Source: Lama guanicoe
Taxonomy: Eukaryota
Assembly (NCBI GenBank): GCA_013239625.1
Contig: MU054187.1
Coordinates: forward strand, 9,755,231-9,819,230
Length of the DNA stretch: 64,000 bases
Direction of reading: 5' to 3'
How positions within the stretch are numbered: the first letter of the stretch is position 1; each line of letters starts with the position of its first letter. The translations under genes were made by a program, and so were the position numbers. This document shows positions 11,555-61,528 of the stretch, in pieces. The notes beneath the pieces were generated by a model. That model ran no database searches, had not been told where the DNA came from, and saw only the letters and a program-made list of their open reading frames with translations.

Positions 11555-13835
11555 GCTCAGGGACTCGAGGTAGAGAGTAGTAGCATTTCACCCCTGAGGA
11601 CTGTGGTCATAGGAGAAAGGATCTCCTGACAGGAGCTTTGGCCTTAGAGAGAGAAACGGAGCAACTGCCAAACTGCAGCATGCCCAGGAGGGAGCAGGGT
11701 GAGGAAACAGTGTCCTGATCCCTTTCTTCCCACCCCAGGTCCTGTCAGTGCCTCTGGGTGACATTCAGCAGCAGCTGGAGGGCAAGGAGGGGCCTGTGGG
11801 ACGCAGGCTGTGGAGGCCAGCATCCTGGGGCGTGGAGCAGGGTGGAGATGGAACTGAAAAGACACAGAGGCTTACCCAGCACAGTGTTGGTCTTTCTGCC
11901 CTTCAGTATTCATTCATGTTTCAAGCATAAAAGTCACGTTCCTAGCTCAGGGGAAACACAAGTGCTCTGGTCACTGCATGCGGTTCATTTGTGCTCCCCT
12001 TCAGAACCACTAGCAGCGTTCTTCAGGTAAGGAAACAGAAAAATCTTCAGTAAAACGAAGCTGCTGTAGTCTCTGCCCCTGGAGCTAGTCCTCTGGCTCA
12101 AGTTGGTAATCATACCTTTTTCCTTCTAGCACTTATTTTATGTTCCCCTTACCTTCTCCAGCACCTAGGCTGGTCAGAGGTGTTCACTGGTGGGGGCCCT
12201 GAACCTTCATTCCCTCAGGATCCAAGTCCTAAGTAGTCCTGTCTTTACCAGGTTGCCAGTTCCCCCTTGACCAGTGCTGTTGGCCAGAAATAACCGCAGG
12301 GCGGGCCTGTGGTCCCACTGGGCCCACGTGAGATACCAGGGTTGACTTCACCTCTCCCCTTCTCTGTGGAATGAGATGGGCACTCTGCCTGGTGGACCAC
12401 ATTTTAGGTCTCCAGGGATTAGTGTCATTTCAGAGCTGGTGTTCAGTAGCCCGTGGAAGAATTACACACGCCTCTTTCCCCAGTGGACAGTCACCCAGGT
12501 GGATGGCTGCAGGTACCTCTTGGGTCAGGTCTGGAGAAAGATTGATGGGATACACTTGTGGCTGTCTGTAGGGCCACAGGAATCTTGTATTTAGTCCTCC
12601 TTGGTCTGACATCCTGTGAATGTATTCCCATATACACTCCTCAGACTCCTGGTAAAATTGTTGAAAGTCTGCAAATGTTTTGGTATAAAGGCAGCCTCCT
12701 CCCAGAGAAGGCTTTGAACTTCTCTCTGGGCTCTTTGACATCTGATTCCCATTAGGAGGCAATGAGGGGTGATGGGAGTAGGTAGTGAAGAGAATTAGCG
12801 TCCCCTTGTGACACAACTTGTAAGGGTTTTGTGGGAGAGGGGTTAGGAGGCTGGGTCTTCTCAGGGCTCTAGGTCGCTGCTTTCAGCAGAGATGTTCAGC
12901 ATTCTTAGCCTCATTGCTTTCTGCCCAAGTGCCTCCATCTGTGATTTAGGATCATTGGCCTTCCCAGCTCTTGCCCCTGTTAGCATATGAGATTTTGCAG
13001 GGTTGCGTGTTTAATTGATTCTGCAGCCCTTATCACCCAACCGTGGCTTTGATCTTTACTCCTGTCAGTTTAGCAGCTGCTAGAGAAAAAGGACCCCTTT
13101 ATAATAGCCATAGATTTTCCACCTTTCTATTTGGAAATTCATAGCTTTCAATGTGTTGTTTGCACACATTCTCAAAGACAACCAGGAGCAGCCACAGACC
13201 ACATCACAGTAATTCAAATCAGCATTTTCATCATCTACTGGGACTTAACAGCACCTTGCTCACTGCCTGTACTTCATCCTGTGAATGGAAATTTGAGTGA
13301 TCTTGATATCACTGTGTGTCAGATTATCAGTTTCCCATCCCCTCCCTCTGTAGAAGGGTAATCACGGTCTTCAACAAAACATGCATCCCATTTTTGAGGG
13401 TCTGTTTCCTGATGTTATTCTTGGTAGCAATTACTGCATCAGTCACATGACACACTCGAGTAATTGAAGGGACTCGAGCAAAGGGGCTATTTACTAAGCT
13501 GTGTGGGCAGAGGTCAGAGAAGCAGCAGGGCATGGTGAAGCACCCCTTCTGCTAACAGTGTTTGGAAGCCATTACTGCTCCCAGGCCTTAAACTGTAGCT
13601 GTGAGAGAGGGGTCACCTCATGGGAACTGTGGGCTTAGGTAGAGGAACTGCTGCCTGTTAGAAAGGGAGCGGGTGAAATAAACACCTTAGCATCTTGCTT
13701 CTCAAGCAGAAGCAGGGGGCAAGGGCAGGAGGCAGGCAGCCTCATTGTGAGTTCCATAGAGGTCAGCCTTCTGGGCCTGTGGCAGGTGAAGAGTGCTGGT
13801 GGATCTGGAAGGGCGAATGGAGACTGTTTAGCACT
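11555..13835 (-). mobile_element. Degenerate, internally deleted ERV-L (class III) provirus: 5' LTR ~13435-13835, PBS-like ~13417-13434, gag relic ~12560-13340, pol C-terminal relic ~12065-12270, truncated 3' LTR ~11555-11883
   Basis: Two related LTR33-like segments in the same orientation. Minus-strand translations YTKTFADFQQFYQESEECIWEYIHRMSDQGG (gag-like) and DPEGMKV...GEGKGNIK*VLEGKRYDYQLEPED*LQ (pol end) resemble recalled HERV-L motifs. Confidence 0.75.
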
Positions 13836-14317
13836 ATGGCCAGACTGGGATCTCTGTCCCCAATTGGAGGGTGCACCTTGAGTGCTGGGCTCCTACACTG
13901 AACTGCCTGCTATACACGCAGGCTTAGCTGTCGCCTGGGCACCTTGTCTGAACTGCTTATCCTGCCCCCCCAGCTCTTTCTCCCTCGTCTGTACCTGATG
14001 CCACTTAATGTCATATCTTATTGTCTCTTCCAAACGGAAGGCCTGAGATGTGATGTTGCCCTGTAGTTCTGCTCCCGTGGGCCATGCACAGTAAGGCACA
14101 GTAGGCTTTCAAGCTCGTACATAATACGGCACCAGCAGGACCTGCCACCCCTGGGCCCCACATTCGCAAGGGACAGGTGTGGATAGTGCAGCATTATAAC
14201 CTTCATCCTCTCGCCGTTTCTGCTGAAGATGGAGAAGGATGGGCTGGTGGGGGCCCTGAGGCTCCTGGACAGGTCTCATCTGCCTTAGAAGAGCTGTGGA
14301 TCCCACTTGCTGTGATT

Positions 14318-14852
14318 TTTTTTTTAGTCGAAGTATAGTCATTTGCATTGTGTCACTTTCTGGTGTACAGCATAATGTTTCAGTCATACGTATACATACA
14401 TATATTCGTTTTCATATTCTTTTTCATTATAGGTTACTGTAAGATATTGAATATAGTTCCCTGAGCTATACAAAAGAAATCTGTTTTTTTAAATCTATTT
14501 TATATATAGTAATTAGTATTTGCAAATCTCAAACTCCCTGTTTATCCCTTCCTCTACCCCCTGTTCCCCCAGTAACCATAGAGTTGTTTACTATGTCTGT
14601 GAGTCTGTTTCTGTTCTATAGATAAGTTCATTAGTGTCTTCTTTTTTCTTTTTCTTTTTTTGGATTCTGTATTTGAGTGATATCATATGGTATTTTTCTT
14701 TCTCTTTCTGGCTTACTTCACTATGATGATCTCTAGGTCTATCTATGTTGCTGTGGGTGGTATTTTATTTTTCATGGCTGAATAATATTCCATTGTATTA
14801 CTATACCACAGCATCTTTATCCAGTCATCTGTCGATGGACATTTAGGTTGTT
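14318..14852 (-). mobile_element. 5'-truncated lineage-specific L1 (3' end) with 17-bp TSD
   Basis: Poly-T head and L1 3'UTR/ORF2-end sequence. TSD TCCCACTTGCTGTGATT (14301-14317) vs TCCCACTTACTGTGATT (14853-14869). Confidence 0.9.
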
Positions 14853-16106
14853 TCCCACTTACTGTGATTCTTTAGCAGAAGAGCTGGAGGGCAAGGCTCT
14901 TGTCAGATGGCATCCTGATCTACTGGGGCTGAAGATGCTGCTTTTGTGGGATTTTAGGGTGCTTTAACTTATAACAAATGCTGCACCCTGATCTTAGGAG
15001 GAGGCCATGTTTTCTAACAACTAATTCAACTGCATATAAATCCTTACTGACTTCATTTCCAGCAGCAAATCCAACAAAGTAGGCTTTGAATCATCTCAAA
15101 GGAAACACCCTTGTAATCAGTTAAATCTTGTTATACCTGATTATTCAATGTCTGCTAATAGATATTTGAAATCATTACTTGAATATAATTTATTTACAAT
15201 TATTAGATCTCTCAGAGTTATTTCCTGAAAATAATCACCAGGGGAAACTGGCAGACTAACCCTTTAAAAGGTATTTGGTGTCCGTGGAGAGTATGGGCTG
15301 CTGTGTGTAGCAGAGGTGACATCAGTGTGACATCTTGAGCCCTTTGTCCCTGGGAAGGATATTAAGGTGATATTAAAATAATTGTATTTGTTCTGTATAA
15401 AGATCTACTGTATTATATTTGACCAGAAGTCCAGTGCATAAGAGTTATCCACAGTTGTTAAAATGCAGCATAGCTCATTGGGTAAGAGTCAGGACACTGG
15501 CGCCAGGGAATCTGGGTTCAAATCATTTAACCTCTCGGCATCTCAGTTGCGTCATTTGTAAAATGAGGATAAATAAATACCTACTAGACAGGATCCTAAT
15601 CTGAAGCAAGCTTCGTCTTGATGCTCAAAGCCTGAAAACTACACTTTGAAAAACCCTGCTCTGCATCCATCTAACCAGAGTCCTTTTAGGTGAGAGTTGG
15701 CCATTAGTCCACATGAACCGTGGTGTTGAGCTTCTGGCATTTCTAAGTCGTAAGGAAGGTAGACGGGGCGCAAATGTTTGACTGTGGTTTAGCTACTGAT
15801 TGGGACATAATCGAAATCATATCTCTAACCTGGGTCGAGACTTGATCAAAAGTGAATTCCTGCCAGGATAAGCATAGAATGGGTCCTGTGAACAAGGAGT
15901 GACACATCATGGTATTTTAAAATTACTCTGCTAATCAGTTCTTTTTTTTTTTTTTCTGTTGGTTAAGGTTGCATGATGGAATTTGAACATTACCTCAAGA
16001 GGTTTTATGTTTTGGATTAGCTAATTGTATTTGTCCTCTGCTGACTGTTCCTTCGGACTCACTTTTTGGTGTCCTTTTGAGGCAATAAACCCAAAGGGAT
16101 TATACC

Positions 16107-54126
<38,020 letters not shown>

Positions 54127-55268
54127 ACACTTTGCCACCCAGAAATCATTGAGCAAATACAAGCCTACGGATGAGACTGAAACTCCTGTTTGTGTGAATA
54201 TATTCAAATATGTTTAACTAGTGCCTCATTTTTACATGTAATGTTAAAAACTATGAAAAATGTATTTTCTGCTGTATGCAAGAAAATAGGGCATTTCAAA
54301 GAGCTATGTTTTGAATTAAAATTTGTATTCTTGTTTATTAAGCTTATTTTTAAACAGAAATTTTCAGAGCTATTGTTCTTAGCATTAACCTATTTTTAAA
54401 GAAAACTTTTTGCTAATGACTGTTTTTTCCCTCTAAGTTTACACTAACATCTGCCCAAGACAGACTCTTTTTCAACAGTCTGTTTCAGTTCAGCTAACAT
54501 ATTAATGCCTTTGTAACTCTCTTCTTTGACCTTTGTTTTCCGATCACAACTATGCAATTGGTACATGGTAATTTAAGAAGAAACTTTATCTTTCCATAAC
54601 AAATCACTGTTGGACATAATCAGTTCTTGGTAGGATTAAAATATAAAAGCATAGTTAACTCATTGGCTGCTAGCTAACACTGAATAACTTCCTTCTGCAG
54701 ATCTAATTAAGAAATAGCAAAAGGAAATCCTATGCTTTTGAAATACCAATTCAAATTTGTGAATTAGTTTTCCTCTGGAGGAAAAGTAAAAATTTGATAG
54801 AAATTTTAAGTATTCCCAAAGATCTGAAGGGAATAAAGTACTGCTGGATTTTTTTTTTTAAGGTGGTGCCAAAAATGAATGTCTCTGTGTCATATATTTA
54901 TATTACCAATACATTCTATTTATGTTTGTTTTGGTCTTTTGAATATTTAATATATTGTTAAGTAGGTTCTAAATCTTGGTATTTGCTTTTGCAAATAGCT
55001 ATTCAAAATTGTCTTCCTAATTGGTTAATAAGTAAAAAATATCAAACCGTCTAAAGTATTTACCTAATTGAGAATTAAAAAGTAGAACAGCAAATAATGG
55101 GTCAGTGTGAATGTATATACAGTTTAACTACAATGTAACAAAAGTTAAAATAATTTAGGCAGATGCATAATCAGTGTCTTATGTATCTTGGAAACTGACC
55201 TTAAATTCATACTGAAAACCAACTAACTTGTGTACTTGTAATTGTGAAGGACAATAACTACAGAAAAA

Positions 55269-55270
<2 letters not shown>

Positions 55271-55303
<33 letters not shown>
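55271..55303 (+). repeat. A33 homopolymer in SGK3 3'UTR
   Basis: 33 consecutive A followed by TAAAA. Confidence 0.9.
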
Positions 55304-55305
<2 letters not shown>

Positions 55306-56460
55306 AAAGAATGCTTATCTTGGAATTCTGGTTCTTAGTTTAGAGATTTTTCAAGTCATGTAGGAAACTGAGTTTAGTGATGCAGTTTTGATGCTTCAAG
55401 AATAAGCATTCTTTCCATGTATTTTCTCTTGATAAAGAAATTACAGAAACATTTCACACCAATACTCTTTGGCTTAAAATTGTTCAGCAGAAATGGGGAA
55501 GAGTGTACTTCTGTTAGATTAATAATATATGCATCTGATACACTGAATCTTCCTTTAGAGGTAAGACTTTAATAGCGACACTGTAAATATTTGGTTTATT
55601 TGGCACTACTGTAAGTTCTGCTTTTACACAAAGCTCTTTGCTTATTATAAAGCAAAATAAAAACTAGTTTCTTGTATGATTTTTTTTACTCAGACACTCC
55701 CTAATTAAACTGCCAGAAATTAAAGTGCAATATTGTTTATTTTTAAGAGCAGATTTTAAATAGAATGTTGATGTTTCTCGGATCACAAGCAATATAAATC
55801 GTATATAATATAATAAAAACTAGCAAAAAGATTAATGATCATCTAATGCTTGCCATTATTTTGAATTAAAATTGGTAATTGTTACAGTAGTCATTCCAAA
55901 CATGAATTATTTATATGTGTGTGGGTGAGAAGCATAAACTTTTAACTAGATATTTGGACACACATAGAAATTACTAATCATAGGCTGGCATGTTTAATAT
56001 TCAGAGAACAAAATCCCTTCCAAGTATTTATCTTATTTCTCATAGTATGCTAAGTCTTTTAGAAAAATGTATGCGCTTTGAATAGTTGACCATTTAATGT
56101 TAAATGCCAAAATAAACTCAAAAGTATAAGTGAAGAATCCCTGAACATTCTTCATGTTACACATACCTCTGATTTTATTGCATATGGTGCAGTGTAGGGC
56201 TTCCCAGCCGTTGTTATGCCACAGAACACACTGAAGATTTCAAAACTGGCACACCTGGAGAGAGGTGCCAAGTGATGTAGATATTGGCAGCAGGTGCTTT
56301 GCTCAAAATTTTTCTATGCCAAAATAATTTTTGAACGTAAGAGTCTGTAAGCACTGTTTGGATATAATTTCAGCAATGGCAAATGCTTGAAAGATGATTG
56401 AAATATTTGAAATATTTATTACTATAAAATTTTATCACTAAAAATTTACCATTACCAATA

Positions 56461-57168
56461 TTTTTTTTTCTTTTTTTAAATTGAAGTATAGTCAGTTTAC
56501 AATGTTGTGTTAATTTCTGGTGTACAGCATAATGCTTCAGTCATACATGAACATACATATATTTGTTTTCATATTCTTTTTCACCAGTTACTGCAAGATA
56601 TTGAATATAGTTCCTTGTGCTATACAGTATGAACTTGTGGTTTATCTATTTTATATATATTAGTATCTGCAAATCTCAAACTCCCAATTTGTCTCTTCCC
56701 CACCCCTTTTCCCCCTCTCTGCCCCCAGTAACCGTAAGTTTGTTTTCTATGTCTGTGAGTCTGTTTGTTTTGTAAATAAGTTCATTTGTCTTTTATTTTT
56801 TAGATTCTACATATCAATGATATCATATGGAATTTTTCTTTCTCTTTCTGGCTTAACTTCACTTAGAATGACAATCTCCAGGTCCATCCATGTTGCGGCA
56901 AATGGCATTATTTTATTCTTTTTTATGGTTGAGTAGTGTTCCATTGTATAAATATACCACAACTTCTTTATCCAGTTATCTGTCGGATGTTAGGATGTTT
57001 CTATGTGTTGGCTATTGCAAACAGTGCTGCTGTGAACACTGGGGTGGATGTATCTTTTTGAATTAAAGTTCCCTCTGGATATATGTCCAGGAGTGGGGTT
57101 GCTGGATTATATGGTAAGTCCATTTTTACTTTTTTGAGGACTCTCCATACTGGTTTCCATAATGGCTG
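56461..57168 (-). mobile_element. 5'-truncated L1 of the same family as 14318-14852, downstream of the SGK3 stop codon
   Basis: Poly-T head and extended similarity to the 14.3-kb copy. Degenerate TSD CATTACCAATAT (56450-56461) vs CACTGCCAATAT (57169-57180). Confidence 0.9.
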
Positions 57169-59039
57169 CACTGCCAATATCTTTTAGCATACCCATAACT
57201 TTTATGGTTATTATCCATAGGTGTAGTATTATAAACCTCTACACAGATATTTTATGAGTCATTCTTTGGTATATCACATGCTGTATGAAAAATGTGAGTA
57301 GGTATGTAGCAACATTTTTGGTAGTGCCAGAATGATTTGCAATAAAGTGTGTTAAAATTGATAAGTGATTTCCTCATACATGTAGTGAAAGTTGCTGTTT
57401 TCTTGCCACTTATCTTTAAAGGCAGCTTTTACTTTTGTTGGTTTTTACAGATTATTCCACATCCCAAGGAGATTGTTCATTTACATGAAACCCTAAAGTG
57501 TAGATGGATGAGTTTCAGGTGACTTAGTACCTTGAAATGATACACCCTGTTTTGTGTATAAATGAAGTCGACTTGGGCCAGGGAGTGCTATATAGCTTTG
57601 TTTAGATGCTCAAAAGGATTCCCTGCCATAAAAAGACTGGTTCCTTCTCTGCCACCCTTGTTCTCCTTTACTCACCTAGAATTAAGAGCAGTCACTGTGT
57701 AACTTCCCTGAGAGCATTCCAATCAGAGATTTATATCACTTATTTAGCATTTTTGGTGCAATATCTTATAATCACCCATTGGTAATCTTTAAAACATATT
57801 CTGTAATAGTTAAAGATACCCTACACAAAAGTATTTCTTGTATCACACTTTCTTTTCCATCATACCCATTTTTACAGAGGCAGTTAAGTCAGAAAAAAAT
57901 AAAGCTGTCTCAAAATGTAACTTTTTAATCATTTAGCCAAAATCAAGATAGTACAGAATAATTTAAAGCAATATTACACAAAGAAAAAAGCCTGTAGATT
58001 ATGAATTCAGAGTGACATTTATAGCAATGAGGTAGCCAATTAAAGGATCCTACAAATAAGTTATTTTTATATATTGTACTGAAAATGATTGATCACCATA
58101 TGAATCTTAAGGGAATAGTGTAAAACAGAATTATATCACTCTGTATAACCCTTGCTGGAAGAACCAGGCCCATTTGTTGATTTTACTAATCTTGTGTTCA
58201 AATGTAACTTAGAAGTAAGTTCTATTACAGGAATATGTCTCAGATTGGTCTTTTTTTTTTTCTAATAAAATTTCAGTATTTTCACTTAATTAGGGAGCAG
58301 AGATTTCCACTCAATTTTAGTTAAGTCTTTGTGGGGAAGTCTACAATGAGTTATCAATATTCAAATGTCTTTATGTCTCACTAGTTAACTCATGGAATCT
58401 AGGAGGCTTATATACAGTAAAAACAGACCCACTCAAATGGAAAAATCTCATCTCAGTGTGTTGGATTTTTTTTTTCAGTTCCTTCTGGATAGTAGCTTAC
58501 ATAGATAGTCTTGCTGTGTTGAGTTTTTCTCTTATGCCTCAATGATAGTAATAATGCAAAAATTACAGCTTACTTTGTTAATGATATGGTGAAAACTAAG
58601 ACTTATTTATTTTAGTAAGATATTTCCTAGTGATACGCTTCAATTAGATACCAAAAGCAAAGCTTTCTGTCAAGACTTTGATGACTTTAACACTTAAGAG
58701 CTGTGCATTTTGCTTTGTATGAATTGTACCTCTGTGAAAAATATTAAGGGAATATAAAGTCAGTTACATACAAGACAAAAATAAAAGTTAAATGATAACC
58801 CTACCAGCTTAAAACAAGTATTTTAGCCATTGTACTACATTACAGAATTGTTGGGTCATACAGTAATTCTGGTCCTTTGTCCAAGAATGTTTTCCAAATT
58901 GACTACATCATTTTGCATTCCCACCAGGAGAGTTTTTAGTAAGGGTTTTTAAACAAACACGGACACCCTTGGCTAGAGAGAACAAAATCCAGCGGTTTCT
59001 ATTTTTCCCTTGCTTTGCCTTGCAGGAGGGAGCAAGAGT

Positions 59040-59400
59040 GATTAAAGACTGTGGGAGACGGGTCGGGAGCGTTGCCTGATGAGTGGAAGGCTGGTCCCGG
59101 CAGCCTTCGCGCCGCCAACGGCCGTGAGGTGCGCGCATGCGCGCGAGAGCCCGGGCGCGAGGTGGCGCGCGACTGGCGAGGCTCGGTGGGTGCAAGAGTG
59201 GGTGACACACCGCTGGGCTAGGGTGCGCAGTGCTGGCTGGAGGTGGCCGCTGTGGGTGAGAGACGCAGGTGCTGGAGACCGGAGTGAGAGGCCGGGTTCG
59301 CTTTTTCCACTTTGGCTGTGAGGAGTGTTCCTGCTGACGCGGCCAGGAGAGAGGACGCGGCCCGCGCCTGTTCCACGCGAACAAACACGCGGGTTCTTTA
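59040..59400 (+). promoter_or_regulatory. MCMDC2: CpG island promoter and probable non-coding first exon of MCMDC2; NRF1 palindrome GCGCGCATGCGCGC (59131-59144), MYB site CAACGG (59116-59121)
   Basis: CpG-dense stretch about 2.3 kb upstream of the MCMDC2 ATG exon. Candidate donors TCG|GTGGGT (59185/59186) and TGG|GTGAGA (~59255). Confidence 0.8.
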
Positions 59401-61528
59401 GGCTGTGGGAAGACCTGTCGAATTTTATCCAGGTTCGCTTATATTTAATGCTTTTCCAAAGGCGTGCATGTTTTCCCCTCCAGTTTCCCCTTCCTTGAAA
59501 ATGCACCCACTCCCAGAACCTCCACTTTACACAGGGGGTACCCAGAGCGTTATTTGTCTCTTGCTTTTTAAAGTTACAGATCGCCAGGCCTTGGTTTGCG
59601 ACGCCCTGGTGCTTATATCCGGATGTCCCAAGAGCCCATCAAAGTCAGGATATCTCAAATGAACTTTCCCTACCCCTTACTCTTCTCCGAGCTTCCGTAT
59701 TTCCATTAGAGCGGCTACATCCACCCACACCTGGTAACATGGTTACCGGATCCAGTGTGAAATCTTTAAAAGTTTAGAATCCACGTGGTCCATTCCATTT
59801 CATCCCTAATGGCCTAGAGTGGGCCCTCCCGCTCCTAGAACAGTTTCAGTAGCTAGAAACTGATTATCCGCACTTCCTCTCTTGCAACCCATTTTCCACA
59901 GTGGCGGTACTGATTTCCAAAATAAAAATCTGACCGTAGTCCTCCCCTCTTAAAATCTTTGATGGCTTCCGTTTGTATAATCATAATGAACTTGTAAAAT
60001 TTTCAGTCTGGTTGAGCCACACACAATCATCTCATTATTAGCAGCCTCCCTTCATTTGGCCCCCAAAACTTATGTTCTAATGAAGCACAGATGTAACGTT
60101 CTGAACACAGCACACACTTTAAGGTTATTGTACTTAGGGCCACAGAGAAATAAACTGTGAAGATTCCGCCCCTCGCCCCCTACCCGGCCCATGTAATATT
60201 CTAAAGGACAGTCTGAATTACTTTTCTTTGAAAAGTAACCTGAACTCCAAGTAGCAGGGGTATACTCAAGGAGCAAGGTTTTAATAGTATAGATCTAAAA
60301 ATTGGGGGAAAGGGGATTACGTCTAGCCTTGGAAAACCTCCTCTCTTCACCTCTCCTCCAATTAGTGAAATCTTACTTAACTATCAAATGTCACCTTTAA
60401 AGTAGAATTCATTGCTTCTTCTCTGTGACTCCACTCTCTGTTAAATCAAAATGTTCTAAAACAATGGAAAATATTATGACCCCTGCACGAGGATTACCCC
60501 CAGTTTGTGAACTGTTTCGTGTATGCTGTTCCTTCCGTGCTCTCTAGTATATTATCTCTTTAATAGTAGGTAAGTTGTACAGAATTGTATTTTTTTGCAT
60601 TTCTATTTTACCCTCACTGTACTCTCTGAACAGTAGGGACCATATTTTACTGATCTTTGTGTCCCCAGTGCCTAGGACAGTCTGATATCTAAAAAATAGT
60701 AAATGCCCAATAAGTGCTTAGTAATTAATAAATGTGATGATCATTTCTGACTTCTCTAAATTGGCAACTCATTGAAAGTAGGATTCAGTCTTAATCATTT
60801 TGTGCCTAGCACTTAATACAATTTATTGGTATATATTATTTCCAATTAGTGTTTGCTGTCTTTAAATGAATTTTATATATTCCACTCGCATTATTATGGT
60901 TTAATGTTTCATATTTGTCACTGATAGATGATTTAAAGCCAGAAGAGGCCTTACCATCTAATACAACCCCTTAATTTCCTGCAGATGAAGATACTGAGCC
61001 AGGTGATTTCCCCACAGCAACTAGAAGACGCTGGATCTAGAACCAGGTTTTCAGATTTCTTAGGCTAGCCACACTTTGCTACTTAAATTGAACTTATGAA
61101 GGAGCTTTTACCACTTTTGTTTTTTTTAAATGCCTGCAGGGGGACCTCATCATCTACTATGTGTTTCAGCAAGCATTTTTTTGGTATACCTACTCTGTAA
61201 AGAGAAATTTGAGGCTCCTGTTCTTAAATTTGCAGTCTTGTGGGGGAATCTCATAACCTAGTGTTAATAAAAGTATTATTTGGCAGAAGAAACCAAAGTT
61301 TTGTTTTGTTCACATAGGAATTTTTTTCAGTTGGAAATTTTACCTCATTTTATTTCATTCTCAATTTTACATTTAATAGTTTAAAGAGTTTTATTATTGA
61401 TCTTCAAATGTAAACTTTATTTTATTTCTAGGTGTTCTCATCTTTTCTGAAATTCACTCTCTGTAGTCTTCACCAGCAATTGTGGTTTAATCCATTAGTA
61501 ACAGAGAAGAATCAATAACTAGGAGAAA

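Larger units (their letters stand above)
54127..57370 (+). other. SGK3: SGK3 3'UTR (end uncertain); candidate AATAAA signals at 54832, 55302, 55656, 55812, 56111 and 57341
   Basis: AT-rich, largely unique sequence after the stop codon with several AATAAA hexamers. Which one is used cannot be read from sequence. Confidence 0.55.

Noticed and set aside
12430..12816. 128-aa minus-strand ORF as a domesticated gag (Fv1-like) gene
   Set aside because: Only ~35 residues are gag-like, neighbouring gag and pol frames contain stops and frameshifts, and the start is not a clear ATG. Treated as a decayed relic.
58908..59662. ORFs of up to 158 aa around the MCMDC2 CpG island
   Set aside because: Same GC-composition artefact; no protein family similarity recognised.
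59733..59747. Palindrome GGTAAC-ATG-GTTACC as an RFX X-box
   Set aside because: The half-sites are in the opposite arrangement to the canonical GTTRCC...RGYAAC.
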